A stretch of DNA of 124,000 nucleotides from contig NW_008806284.1 in NCBI RefSeq assembly GCF_000400465.1, forward strand, positions 20,001 to 144,000, read 5' to 3'. Positions within the stretch are counted from its first letter, which is position 1, and every line of letters starts with the position of its first letter. Source of the stretch: Wallemia ichthyophaga EXF-994. Taxonomy: Eukaryota; Fungi; Basidiomycota. A program made the translations under genes and the position numbers. Under the pieces are notes generated by a model. It ran no database searches and had not been told where the DNA came from. It saw only the letters and a program-made list of their open reading frames with translations. This document shows, one piece after another, positions 92,102 to 105,251 of the stretch.

Positions 92102-95100
92102 TTAATTCTGCTCCAATCTGACTTGTGCCAGCACTCTCGATATCTCATTAGCTTGATCAGTCGACAAACCATCAAAGTTACCTGATGGCGTCTCTATCCT
92201 GCTTGGAATCTGTTGTTGAGAGAACGTTGCAGAGGTTGCTGAATTTGGATTACTTATATTCGAGTATTGTTGAATGTCCGCATTATTAGTTGGAGGTATT
92301 GAGATAGGATTTGGGATATTCTGTAATTTATTACGTGGATTGGTAGATAATGATCTAGCGTGTCTTAATCCTGTTGGATGATTTGGTTGACTTTGCTGCG
92401 CATATATTGAGCCTGAGCTCCCAATCGCTTGACTATTGTTAGAAAGTGGTGGTGAGATTGGTGAAAAGAACTGTTGCTGATTCATTTGCGTATCCAATTC
92501 AGGTGGTGTCACTTGCGGTAACGATCTAGTGTGTGCGTGTCCACCCAAAGATGCAGATGATCCGAAAAATTTAGGATCTTGTTGCATTACTCCACCCACT
92601 GGTCCTCCGATAGAATAGTGGGATTGATGTCCCAAATGGCTCGGGCGCTGTGGTTTGTTGAACTCCCTCGGTGATGGCCTGCTCGAAGGGTTGGTACTTG
92701 AAGCATAATTACCGGTGCCTGCAGATGGATCTCCAACTACACCAGCATAACCTTGGTTCTGACCGTTGCTGCCAGTCGCATTTGGAGTCTTTCCAACCAA
92801 TGCACCAAGGTCAAGACTCTGAGCTCTTTGTGAAGCTAACGTACGTTGTGGCTGCTGTGGCTTCATCTTGGCCTCCATTATCGAATCTGTTCCTCTCTTG
92901 GCCGCCGTGTCTTCAGTAGTTTGGGCATAAGACTTGGTGGCGTCGGCAGCAGGTGGTATAGTAGGTCTACCATAGTGAGTTGGTGGCGTTGGCGGGCCCC
93001 ATACGTTTTGAGTATACTGTTGCTCTTGAGCTTGTTGACTAGCAGCGGCATAGTAAGCAGCAGCAGCTTGAGTTTGCTGAAGCTGTGCTTGGGAAGAAGC
93101 CGAGTTAATGGCCTCCTCACCGATTCCACCATAAGGCGATGACATTGCAGTATTTGAATCAGGGGATGACACAGTCGATCCTGGATAACCACCGCTACCA
93201 TCGTTACCAAACAGTGCTTTGACGTTAGGTGTTGATACAGCTGCACGCAATCTTCTGCCCGATCCAACAGCACCTGTTTTGGTACCACCAAGTGTAGACG
93301 ATCCAGAGAAGTTTGGCTTTTGACCCATTAACGCAGCAGCGGAAGATCCACTTCCAATACTGTTGCTACTCAAAGTATTGTGACGAGATTCACCTGGTCT
93401 TGTAAACTGGGCACTTGCATCTTGGAAGCCATCGAAGGTTTCATTCGTGGGACTTTCTGTTGCAGGAATAATCTTTGAGTTAAATAACGGGAAAGCGCCG
93501 GCAAGAACATCCGCACGCATTGGCTGCTGTGTCGGGATAGTTGGTCTGGCGTGGAGAGGTACACCACGGCTTTTCAAGTAATCTTCGAGAGCATCTTTTG
93601 CTGCACCCAACATATCAATGTTAGAGCGTTGACAACGAACCTTGAAGGCCAAGTCTTCATCATCCTCGGACGCGCTGCTGGAATCTGATTGAGGAGAGCT
93701 GTTCTGGACATTATCACTTGGCTTAGACAGCTGAGCTGGTGCAGAGATCGACACGTGTAAATCACTACGAATGGTGTTTAATAGCTCAGCAAATCTATTA
93801 TCGTTGACAGCAGTCTTGATTTGGCTAGAGCGAGGAGCCAAGTATTCAGCTTCGAATGGTACGTGATCCTGCTTATGGTTAGCCAAGTTAAGTTGCAAAC
93901 GTGCAACCCACTAAAACCATCGTCTTTGCAATGTTCACTTGATGCTCAGGACCAAAAATTGCAACCGAGTCAGTTGCCAACTCCTTGTCAGGAAATCTGA
94001 CAATACATCCAGTTTTAGATTCGATGTCGTGCAGAAAAATGGACTTTTCTCCAAGCAAAGTGCGATGATATTTCCTAGGTATCATAATACTTTCATTCGT
94101 ATAATCTTTATCTTTAGGATTGACTAATTCCATTACTGATTGTTTAAGATTTTCCAAATTCATGGCATTCTTCGCAGGCGTTCTTGAAATGACATTGTCT
94201 TCATTATCGCAATACCCGCCTAATGCGGCGAACTCATCAGCGTTTGAAAACTTGACGTACACGCCAAATTTCTTCATGATACGCTGGATGTTTTTACCCC
94301 CAACACCAATGATACGCTTGTGGTACACTTCAGGAACGTGGAAAGACATCTCTGCAGGTAACTCCTCTTGAAGCATAGACAAGCCACTCAAAGCACCAAG
94401 GTCTGAGCCGGCGACCTGGGATAATATGTAAGTTGAGCTGAATAGGGTGACAAAAGTAACCCACATCAATCAAGAAATTGTATTCAGATAAAGTCTCATA
94501 CTTTATTCTAACGTTTGCAGATTTCATGATCTTATTGATCTTTCCATTCTTTTTGCCTGAAATGAAATCACGGTGTTCATTGGCCAATTCAACCTGGAAC
94601 CTAATTTCGTGGTGAAAGCCTTGAACAATATCCAAATCCAAAACTCTCGCGATAGCGTCTCTAACAGAGGCATCGGAGCCGTGAGCCTCAAAGCAATTAG
94701 ACTTGAGTACGATCTCAGCACCCGATTCTAAAGCTAATTTCTCGAGATCGCCTGGTGGGACAGTTGAAGGGTTGATAGAAGGAGGAGGAATCAATACGTC
94801 AAATGTAACTGGTAATAACCAGACACTCGCAACGTAATAAAAGCAGGCTAGTTGCATGACCGACCTTATGGTCCTTTCAATCGAAACTCTGTTATCGCCA
94901 AAGATTTGAATGATGGAGGCTTGTGAGCCAATGACGGGGAATTTGATGAAAGTACCGTTATCAGCCATGATAGTGCGCAGCTCATCAGCTTTTTCGAGGA
95001 CCAAAGCATCCAATTTTCTAGGTAAAAGAGCAGCGTCGCGACTCAAAACAGACTTTGAGTTGACTTTCTGTACGGCGACTTGTACAAGCATATCCTTAGC

Positions 95101-95884
95101 TCTTTGTACACCGAAGAAATCACCAGTAATGTGGATAAAGTTCCTCTGATCAGGTAAGCTAGCAGCTCTTGGTGAGGCATTACCGAGTACGCCTGCTAGA
95201 GGAGGAGGAAGGTAGATGTTTGTTTCAGTCTCCTCTTCAATGGTTCTAATGACAGAGCGTTTCTTTGAGGCGATAATTGGGTGTAATTTAAAGTCGATAT
95301 CAACCTTATCAGCGTGTAAGCCGTTCGATTGATCCATGGTAACTAGAACAGCAATCTTTGCATGCTCAATGGCCTCTTGGCCACCAACAATAGTGAACTG
95401 GACCATACGCTGCAATTGAAGACCATGCTGGAAATTTGAAGGGGGAAGTTCTTTCAAAGCAAAGTTTACACCAGTGAGGGAATTGAGGGAGATAATCTTG
95501 TCCTTGAGGGCGGTGGATAGACAGTCTAAGGGATGGCTGGGATTAAGGTCGTGTACGAGCAAGTCAGATTTTGGAATTTTGAGTTGCAAAAAAGACTTGA
95601 GGGGCAAGTCCCTGATGAGTTGTCCTCTGGCGTTGAGAACATTTTGGAAAGAGCCAGATAAGTGCCAGATAGACAGATTCGATTGTTGATGGTGGTTTAG
95701 AACGCAAGACTGAGATTGAGTGATGGAGCTAGAAAGCTTATCATAAGAATCCGTAGAATTATCAAATTCAAATAAGTAATCTTGATTGGGTAAATTAGGT
95801 AAAGGCAAGCTGAGAGATAAGTTGTAGAGATCTGCTAGGAAATGAGTGTGTGAGAATCATACGAATAGAATCGCACTTACCCAT
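92102..95884 (-). CDS. Multi-KH-domain RNA-binding protein (Mug60/Bicaudal-C-like)
   Basis: KH loops ISGKKNGKINKI, IIGVGGKNIQRIMK and LLGEKSIF; long low-complexity C-terminal exon. Confidence 0.75.
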
Positions 95885-96175
95885 AGAATCTAAAAATTGT
95901 AGTTTTATAATACCTTAGCTGGGTATATATTTTTAACTTTCACTGACGCTCCTTGACGGTCGTTCTTGTCTAAAGTGTGAACGGCGCTCTGAAGGGAGCA
96001 AATTGGATAAAAATTAAATTAGCAATTAGCCGGATAAGCTTCCTTTTCGGCGTTTTTTCTATTTTAATTTTATCCAAATTAAGAATTTTTTACATTTCAT
96101 TTTTAATGGTGGTGAAATTCTTAATCCGGAAGTTTAATCAACATTGTAGAAAAGGGAAATTTAATACATTTTGCT

Positions 96176-96561
96176 TTAACCTACACGCTTATTATTATCA
96201 ATCTTAATCTTCTTTTTTTGTCTTTCTGCGAGTGCGTCTGCATCTTCTAAGCGTTGTTGAGCGGCAAAAATCTTGTAATATTTCTTATCTAACTGCAAAC
96301 TACCTTGTTTGAATGTATCTATGGCTGACTCATTCTCTTTCTCAGTGAATGACTCGGCTATGTATGTCTAATGAGTCAGGCACAATCACCCACCTGTTCT
96401 GCCTTGGATGTCTGTATATCATTATCATCATCCTCCCATGGGTTTTTCTTTCTTTTTTTTAGCTACTGCGCTTCTTCTTGGGGATAACGGCATTCCATAA
96501 TATCTTCAACCAGGTTGTTGCATTTGTGAACGCGGTCTTGGTTTTGTGTGAGTGGATTCAT
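96176..96561 (-). pseudogene. Small orphan gene with premature TAG
   Basis: MNPLTQNQ..EEAQ*LKKRKKNPW..|..ESFTEKENE..KKKIKIDNNKRVG*; GTGGGT intron donor present. Confidence 0.35.
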
Positions 96562-96760
96562 TGTAATAGTACTTGTAATCTTTGTTACATTTTTATAATA
96601 GACGCTTGCCCCCTTTTTTATATACTTATATTTGCCTAAACCATTTAGAACATCTCATGTCACCGCGCAGCGCAACCTCCCTGCAAACAACCCAAGCAAT
96701 AAATAAACGTATGCATTTATGGGATCTATCTATATGACATTAGCCAAAACCAACTAAATC

Positions 96761-98928
96761 TCAATTTAAGCGACTCTTTTTGGATTTCGACTTGACGCTT
96801 TGTATCAGCGAATCGATCGATGGTGCGTTGTTGGCAGCAACATCGTCTCCATCTCTCTGCGATCTTCTCGATCTCTCCGCTAACAACTTTTTCATGCTCT
96901 TTGTCGGCTTGAAGCTGTTTGATAGTTAGTGGGTGAAATATGAAATATTTCTCAGCACTTGACTCACTTTGGCAGTGTTGGATCAATTGCATACTGGTGA
97001 TCCTCCAAGACGTTCTTGAATCTATCATCATCGACGTTGATTTCAAAGTTATCTTCAGCATCACCGTCATCGTTACCTTTCGATTTCTTGTTGTGTTTGC
97101 GCTTTCTGCCTTGCTTCTTTTCACTCTTGATGATATCGTCCATGTCAAAGTGTTTGGCATCGTCTTTCTCATTCGTGAGTAGCTTGAGTTCGTCAGCTGT
97201 TGACTCCACTCTGCCGCTATCCTGTGCATCCTCTTTATCCTCTATCTTGCTCTTCCTTTCATCTTTCTTGTATGGCTTTGCGATGGCTGCACGGTCATCC
97301 TCAGCAGCTCTGTTGTCGAAGGCAGCCTCATCCTCACTGCCAGACTGGAAGAAGTCGTCGTCAAAGCCAGCCTGGTCGCTAGGTTTCTCTTGCTGCTCCA
97401 TTTGCTCTTGATGCTCGCTATCGTCGTCTTGCATCTGGTTCTTTCTCTTGTCTTTCTTAGCATCCTTCTTTGCCTTCTCCTTCTTCTTGTATCTCTCTAG
97501 CGTTGTCATGTTCTCATCACCATCACTATCCTTACCCTTCTTAGTGTTCTTCTCGCTCAACCCAGGCGCAAACGTAACTTCCATCTCTCCTTCTCTATCC
97601 TTTTTGCCACCCCTGAGTTCACGAGCGTCACCTTGTTCTCCACTAAGAGCAGCTCTCAGCAAAGCCGCTCTTCTCTGGTTTTCCTGCTCGTTTTCGCTCT
97701 CGTCCTCACTCTCAGAGGCGAGATAAGCCTTAAAGTCATTCTGCTCGATATCTTCCTTGTTCATACGCTTGCGCGTGAGAGCCACCCTCTTGTCGTCATC
97801 CTCATCCCAAGTCAGCTTGACCTTGGAGTGGCGCAAAGCGGGTGTCTGGAAATCGACGCCTCTATAAGACTCACTTGAGGTGTTAGCCTGATCGCGTATA
97901 TCATCTTCCTCAAACGCCACGCCATCAGGCACGACCTGGAACTGGAGAATATTTGCAGTGCGTTCGATCTCCGTGTTGTGAGCTTCACTGAACAGCTTGT
98001 GGGCAGCCTTGCTAGACGAGAGTGTGACGATAGCGTAGTAGTAGCGCAATCTGCCCAATTGATACTCCCTCAGTGCTGATTCAGGGTCGAGTTGACGTTC
98101 TTTACCTTTCTTCGTCTTGTTGGCACCTATCAGAGTGGGTCCGGATTGCTCCTCGTGCTCTATACGGTTCTTGCCAAATTGCGACATGTACACACTAACA
98201 TTTTTCAGCGCCTTCTTGTGCTCTGTGCCTTGGAGAATGGAATCAAGGGCGACGTAGATGTCCTGTGCGGAGAGGTGGTCCCAGTCGAGATTGGTGACTG
98301 CTAGACGAGAAGTGAAGTCGATGGTATCGTCATCGTCTCCGTCCTCTGCGTTTTCATTATAGGCTTTAGCCTGAGCGTCTAAACGACGCATTTCATCTTT
98401 GATCTCGTCGTCATTCAAGGATTGGGGGATTTCGTCGTCATCATTATCATCGTCGTCGCTGTCTTCGTCCTCGTCATCAGAACCTACGAGTTGGTTTTCG
98501 TAGTTTTCAGGCTGGAGCTCGACCTCGTCGTCAGCGCTGGAGTCTGAAGAGGCAGAATCAGAAACTGAATCAGAGTCTGAGGAGGAATCAGAGTCAGAGT
98601 CTTCCATGATAGCTTCACCGCGTGCATAATCCATGGCAGATTTGGGTTGTTGTGGTTGCTCAAGTTCGTTCAGTTGGTCACGCTGCTGCCTTTCCTTCTT
98701 AGCAGCCTTCTCATCATCTTTATTGATATTATAAAACTGCTTAAGCTCGTGTGCGCCATCCTTAGGCTTAACTTTACGACCAAACTTATCGACCTTGGAA
98801 GTAGATTGAAAGTCGAATAAATCTTTGAATCTATCGTCTAAGACAACTTTCTGTTGATTCTTCTTTGTTTTATGGAACTTTGGGTTGCTCGCTGTCCCGC
98901 TGAATCTTTTATCTCCGGTTGGCGGCAT
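96761..98928 (-). CDS. ESF1: Pre-rRNA-processing protein Esf1
   Basis: DKRFS..PKF, KVVLDDRF, VDKFGR, RLAVTNLDWD, LREYQL.RLRYYYA, DDDRFK..YAIDPT|NFKPT. Confidence 0.9.
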
Positions 98929-99117
98929 CGTGGTGGGAGATGAAGGAAGACGGGTGCTCTACAATACCAGAAATGCCAGTAAACCTAGTAATCCCAGTAT
99001 TCCCGGCACAACTCACACTATCCTCCACTCCACGCCCTTAAACCGCCCTTAAAATTTAAAGTCCCCCACTTTACCCTTTTTCCTGTTCACTGAAGATCCT
99101 TGAAGAAAACAAGACAA

Positions 99118-100584
99118 ATGTCATTGATAGGGGGAGTGTTGAAGGCATTTACATCTATTCAAGCCACACAGCCACAACTTGTTTCTGCAAACAACGTTAA
99201 AAGAGCTGCTGTTGCGCTGATCCTGCGATTTAGATTGGTTGATAGTAGTCGCGGTGGTGATGGCAGTCCCAGTCCTAGTCCCAGTCCCACCAGTCCTTCC
99301 GATAGCGATTCTTCTTTGGAAGATTTATTCAATCAGCCGTGGATGCGCGATGGCAATGTCATTCCAGAGGTTCGTTGACGTGTTTTCTATATCCGGCGTC
99401 ATGCTAAGTGCTCACACCAAATAAAACCAGATTCTATTTATCCAGCGTGCTGCACGTAATGGTGACCGATGGTCTGGTCACGTCGCCTGCCCTGGTGGGC
99501 GCTATGAGCCAGACGACGAAAATCTCAAGTATACCGGTGAGAATCACCATCAGCATAAGTACACGCATGCCTAACAAACGCATTACCAGCCATGCGTGAA
99601 TGCTGGGAAGAAATCGGACTCGATATCTCTGACCGACGTCATTTCCTCCCTCTTGGCCAGCTCGATGATAGGGAAGTGACCAGCAGTCTGGGGAAAAAGC
99701 TGCTGATGATCCTCTCCCCATTCGTCTTTATCCAGACGAGGCCCGTCGATCACACTCTGCAGCTCGAGGCGCAGGAAGTGGAGTCTGTGCATTGGATACC
99801 GGTTGACGCACTCACTGATAACGCCGTTTATACGCACGTAGAGGTAGATCTACCCGCTCGTCTCTCTCCTAAATCGGAAATGGGACGCTGGGTTCTCGCG
99901 AGTGTGCTGTCTAATTCCTCACTCAGCTTTCCTGCGATAGAGCTCGCTAATAGACCGGCAGCAGTCGCTAGCCAGAGTGGCCTCGCTAGTGTGGCGCTGG
100001 AGGAGGAGAACGACGAGGATTTTGCGCCGCCTATGCCCGCTGAGCTGGACGACTCCATCAGCGAGTTACGCCAACGTACTGTACAGAACAGGCAGGTTGC
100101 GGAGGACAGAAAGGAGAGGAAAGTGGGGAAAGACATGACACAGCTATCCAAACGCCCCTCTCTCAGACTGTGGGGTCTAACACTAGGCTTCACACTCGAT
100201 TTCCTCAGCCACATACCAAGCAAGGCGAGTGAAGATACTCGTGGCGCGAAAAAAACACCGCAAAACGTCGAAACTACTCGACATCTAGCCACCGCTCACG
100301 TCATCAAAGCACTCTTCCCGTCGTTCAACTCACCCGATATCAACCTGTGGATGTGGGTGTGCGGGAGAAGATACCGCTCCATCCGCCGCCAGTGGGAGCA
100401 GGCGGCACGAAACCCAGGCAGTGCTGATAGGAGAAAGAATTGGAGTGGCACTATACGCGCTGCTCACTTTGCGACTATAAGAAGGGCGTTGATGTTCGCC
100501 GTCGTCTTTCGTATCTTGGCTGCATTCACTACTCTCTCCATCCTCGGTAGGTATTTGCAAAAGGTTGTTGCGTGGTTTGTTTGA
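99118..100584 (+). CDS. Nudix hydrolase (CoA diphosphatase-like) with C-terminal TM
   Basis: RAAVALILR, WSGHVALPGG..E..RECWEEIGLD Nudix box; two introns. Confidence 0.8.
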
Positions 100585-100769
100585 GGGGGACTGAGAGGCG
100601 TATCTGTTGATTTTCTTGTTTGCCCGCCCTTCTACACGCCCTTGCACACTGCCTTTGATTGGATTAATGGATTGCACTACACGACACAACACTATATCAC
100701 ACCAAACCACACCACGTACGCTCGCACACCTGTGCGGTTGACACAGTAATAACGATAGATAGTAAAAGA

Positions 100770-102152
100770 TTATTGCATGTGCTCATGTGCGATTTGCATG
100801 ATGGCCAGCTGAAGATCGAGGCCGAGGACATCGTCATCGTCGAACCCGTTGTGATACGCGATGTCATTGTAAGGATTATCCTGCTCGACTTGCGCGCCAT
100901 CCTGATTCTGGAGGAGGCCATCAAATAGCTTCTGAAAGCAGTATGTGCCGGGAGTATTGAAGTGTGGGTAAGGGTTGGAAGGAACGAGGCGACCACCACA
101001 GAGGAAGCAGAAATGAGTGCCGCACCTACAACTCATGTGGTTACATCCGGAGCTCTTCTCCGTCCTGACAGCACAGTGGGGACAAGCCTGCGCGGTGTTT
101101 TCGATAGTCCTACGACTCGCCTCCGACTCGAGAAAGTCAGCGAGGAGGCGCTGAAGGTACTTTCTACCGTAGCGACTCTCCAGGGCGAGTTGATCGCGTG
101201 AGTTTGATTGTTCCAGCGCATGAGCGTAAGCGCGAACGTAATGGAGCGTCGTCGAGACGGGACAAGCTGCCACGGGCCCGTGGTATGTGCGGCGGCAGTA
101301 GCAGCAGAAAGCGAAGGAGCATTGAGGACAGACGCGCAATCGCTGTGCACCCTCATCACTCTCGCTGTCACCTACGAGTGCGTTCTCGGGTGGACGCGCA
101401 ACGGGTGTGTGGCAGAGGGGGCAGTACACGGTGCGCGGATCGTCTTCTGCAGCTTTCTTCTGACGTAGATACACCACGCGCTGGTGGACTCTCTCCCCAC
101501 TCACCTCTAGGATGGTTGCATCGGGTATGGGCAGTGTGCAGGTCGGCGAGGGACAGATGAGACTGTCTAGCGAGCCTTCGCGCACGTGCAGCTCGGTCAT
101601 GTCGCGTAGACACGCAGCGCACACCGCACACCCACACGGCATCTCTGCCCCGTGCACTCCCTTGCGCCGCCGCAAGCAGATGGGACAGTCGTAGCTGCTT
101701 TCTGCGAACACCGTGGCTGCGTGTGTCCGGTTGTACGCGCGTAGTGTGGCGGCGAGTGTCGCGAGCGCGTGTGTGTCTTGCACTTGTATTGAAGCGGGAG
101801 GGTATGCGTGCAGAACGTGCATTGTGCGTAGGAGCTCTCCTTCTCCTTCCTCGCTTTCTTCCCGTATTAGCCTCTCCAACTCCGCCTTGTTGCCAGCCGT
101901 GCCCGCCACTGCTTCGATATGGGAGAGCATCGGCGTCGGTGAGCTGCTGCCGTCCAGCGTAAATGTGACAGACGTCGGTGGCAGCTGGCCCACATTCAGC
102001 TTAACGCTCTGGTTATCAAGTCGCGTGCGCAAGGTGATTCCACTGTCTACACTGATGCTTGTGCGTAGACGAATATTCCCATTGTCCTTAGTTGCCGACC
102101 CTTCCCCGTAAATGGCATTGACAATTTCGATTTCTTCTGCAATGTCGAGCAT
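100770..102152 (-). CDS. ITT1: RWD-RBR E3 ubiquitin ligase Itt1/RNF14-like
   Basis: EEIEIVNAIYG (RWD), RING1 CPIC..CGCAVC..C, IBR, RING2 CPHC..EKSSGCNHMSCRCGTHFCFLCG. Confidence 0.8.
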   Translation of the reverse strand: MLDIAEEIEIVNAIYGEGSATKDNGNIRLRTSISVDSGITLRTRLDNQSVKLNVGQLPPTSVTFTLDGSSSPTPMLSHIEAVAGTAGNKAELERLIREESEEGEGELLRTMHVLHAYPPASIQVQDTHALATLAATLRAYNRTHAATVFAESSYDCPICLRRRKGVHGAEMPCGCAVCAACLRDMTELHVREGSLDSLICPSPTCTLPIPDATILEVSGERVHQRVVYLRQKKAAEDDPRTVYCPLCHTPVARPPENALVGDSESDEGAQRLRVCPQCSFAFCCYCRRTYHGPVAACPVSTTLHYVRAYAHALEQSNSRDQLALESRYGRKYLQRLLADFLESEASRRTIENTAQACPHCAVRTEKSSGCNHMSCRCGTHFCFLCGGRLVPSNPYPHFNTPGTYCFQKLFDGLLQNQDGAQVEQDNPYNDIAYHNGFDDDDVLGLDLQLAIMQIAHEHMQ

Positions 102153-102247
102153 CGAGGTATCAACCCATCAAGGAATATAACGGGTACAAATCCAATAAAT
102201 ATATCAAGTCTATAAGATACAAGTTACCTCAGTCTCAGTCTCACTCC

Positions 102248-104035
102248 TCACTCCTCACTTTTTCCCCCCTCGAAATGTTTGAAAGCGTTGCGAAAGTCGT
102301 TGGCGATATCCGTCTCTTGCTCATCGGGCAGGGTGCAATTACGCCAATCAGCGCGCTGCGGGATGTCGAGGAAGGAAGCTAGAGCGAGTCTAGCGAATTG
102401 CTGATTGAAGGGTGCAGGGCGAATGAGATGAACGAATTTTCCGCCATTAGGGAGATCAACTGGGAGTTTTATTGAGTTAGCTGTCTATTGTCTAACCCCT
102501 TCCCCACTCACCTCTCAAATACGATTGTCCATCTTCCAGCTCATCGAGCGCCTTTTGGGGATCACTCTCCCATTCCACGCCCTGTGCTACGCCTTCGTTG
102601 GTGAGATGCGCGCCGAGTGCGCTTATGATCTCGTTGGGGATTGGTACAGCTTGGATGTGTGCGTGCCCACCGCGCGACCAATACCGCCCCAGCTCGTAAG
102701 AAACGAGAGAAGAGTTGTATTTAGCGTAGCAGCGCGCGAGCGCATCGCGCCAGTCAAGCAACTCCGATTGAACACGCTGCGCTATATCCGCAGGCAGCGA
102801 GAAGAGATTAGGGTAGTGGGAGATGGGTATGATCAAAACATGCCCTCCGCCCGGCACAGCCGATGTGGCGGGGTCGATTAGCTGTCCTTTGGGAAGGGTG
102901 ATGTAGCACTCTTCTCCTATTGACACGATTAGGTGTTTCGTTACGCGGGGGTTGGAAAGACAGAACCAGCACTCGTCCTGTGATATTTCACCCTGGTGCC
103001 GCTTGTTCTTTTTGCCTCGTTTACTTGCCTCATCGTAGGCTGACGCTTGCTGGGCGAATATGTAGCTATTTCCACTCTCTTTCCCCTCCTCCTCGGCACT
103101 GCGTTTCTGGACTTGGGTAAGCGCAGGCAGGGGAGAGGACGTCGAGGCAGGTGGAACATCCTCCTTGCTGTGCCCACGTGGTGTGATGGAGAAGGCGTAG
103201 AAGGAGCGTTGTTTCTGCGTATTGCCGAACTGGCCGAGGGAAATAAAGCGTGTAGATAGGCCATTAGGAGAAACGAAAGGCTCCCTCTCCCAGAACACAC
103301 GCTGACCGCCGCTAAATACGTACTTGGGGGTGGAGTAGCTGACGGCGGAAGTGACGGCGCTGCTGCCCCAGGAGTGCGCAGGTGGGTGAGCAGCAAGATT
103401 GGGGAGTGGCTTGTTGGAGAGTAGGGTGATGCTGGATGGCCAGGAGTGTGTGAGGAGGATGTCTAAGTTGGCGTTGGAGAGAGACTTGGCGTGTGCTCGG
103501 GCAGCAGCTAAAGAGGAGCTATCGGAGGTGTTTCGACGGGGATCAAAGAATTCTGTAAAGCTGTTGAGGGTGGTTTGAGTAATGGCGGGGCTGTTGTTGT
103601 CGTGTTGATCACCTTCAACCAAAGTAGATGTATCGTGCACACCACCAAAGGCACCAATACGCAGACCAGAACGGGTGGTGAGTACAGACGATTTGGCCAA
103701 CATGAAAACACGCTGAGCAATAGCACCACCACCGTTGTCGAGTTTATCGAGTAAGGAAGCATGTGGGGGTTGACGCCCGAGAGTGTAGTAAACGTCGATG
103801 GGTGGGTTGAGTGAGCCATTAATCACAGCGTCAATCTCATCATCATTGGCAGATTCGAATAAATCACCAGCCACCAAGGTTAAATTGAAATTGTGTTTGC
103901 TGGTCAGTGCAGCTATCTTATCGAATAACGCGTGGATGGAAGTAGAAGGAGGACCAATCACAAGGCTGATCGGGAGTTATAAATTATCATTTAATATTTT
104001 TAGTTTACTCACACTTTCGTTGATTCTACGCTCAT
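102248..104035 (-). CDS. CWF19-like protein 1/Drn1
   Basis: LDILLTHSWP, PKYVFSG..FWEREPF, TRFISLG, CWFCLSNP..KHLIVSIG, GGGHVLIIPI.H. Confidence 0.9.
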
Positions 104036-104053
104036 CACCGTACACCACCAAGA

Positions 104054-104692
104054 ATGACATCGGCAATTTTATTCGGATCTACGGGGGCAGTCGGGAAGCA
104101 CCTTAAGGCGTGTTTGTTGAATAGCGCGGACATCAGCCACGTAACTGAAGCAGCTAGATCCGTGGATAACACCACCAACGGCAAACTCACCCAAATCAAA
104201 CTAGACGCAAACACCAAATTACACCCCCAATACGATCTAGTATTCATTACTCTAGGCACAACAGCTAAAAACGCTGGTAGTTCAGAGAAGTTTGAAGAAA
104301 TAGATAGGCATTTGGTCGTAAACCTAGCCAAGCAGGTTTCTAAAGATAGCGCGCACGTAATTTACTGCTCATCTGCTAATGCTAATCCAAATTCGACCTT
104401 CTTATATCCACGTTCTAAGGGATTGACAGAGATGTCGTTGAGTGAACTCGGGTATAGCTCGACAACCATTTTCAGGCCTGGGTTTTTGAAGCACGCCAAG
104501 AGATCAGATAGTAGACCTGCTGAGAGCTTCTTTGGGTATCTCACTGGTTTCCTCGGTTACTTTACATCTGCTGTAGAGATACCTGTACAGAAGCTTGGTG
104601 AAAGCATGGTGTTAGCTGGATTAAAGCAGCTTAAAGAGAAATCTAACAAGACCATATTCGTATCCAACAAAGAAGCCCTGAACCTCAATTGA
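104054..104692 (+). CDS. FMP52: Fmp52/HTATIP2-like NAD(P)-binding protein
   Basis: ILFGSTGAVG, FITLGTT, IDRHL, YCSSANAN, LYPRSKG..E, IFRPGFL..R..E. Confidence 0.8.
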   Translation: MTSAILFGSTGAVGKHLKACLLNSADISHVTEAARSVDNTTNGKLTQIKLDANTKLHPQYDLVFITLGTTAKNAGSSEKFEEIDRHLVVNLAKQVSKDSAHVIYCSSANANPNSTFLYPRSKGLTEMSLSELGYSSTTIFRPGFLKHAKRSDSRPAESFFGYLTGFLGYFTSAVEIPVQKLGESMVLAGLKQLKEKSNKTIFVSNKEALNLN

Positions 104693-104726
104693 TTGTACTC
104701 ATGTCATCATCATTTACACTTAATTC

Positions 104727-104918
104727 ATGTCCAATCCATCCATATTCAAGCCAACGTCTATCTTCTCCTTAATCCTCCGATGCTATTATAAAAACACCAC
104801 TGACCTCCCAACCACGATTCAGCCTAACTTCCAGTACGTCAAGAATGACTTAAGCAGCATACAAACTATGGATACACAAGACGAACACAGCTACAAGCAT
104901 CTCTTTTCATCTTTTTAA
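104727..104918 (+). pseudogene. Truncated duplicate of the adjacent orphan ORF
   Basis: ~180 bp highly similar to 105252-105430 (MSNPSIFKPT..TDLPT.IQPN.QY.KND.SSIQTMDT), then diverges and stops. Confidence 0.55.
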
Positions 104919-105251
104919 AGGCCTATATTCATTTCGTTTCTGGAGTTACACTACCAGGTAAAAATCCCTATCTAGTGACCAGCGGGTTAACCTCACCGGT
105001 CGGATGCTTTGATTGCAGAGCTTCCAAGACCTCTGTGGTGAGCTTGGCACACCCAAAGATCCACCAAGAACGTTTGACGCCGATCCTGGCCTTCCTTGCT
105101 CCACATATCCTTCTGGTGAGATTATGTTTCTGGCTTGATCAAAGCAGCTTTAAGAGAATTCAAACAAGACTACATTCATGTCCAACAAACATATCCTGAA
105201 TCTTGGGTGATATTTATTTATACCCATACCATCACCATTTGCACTCAATTC

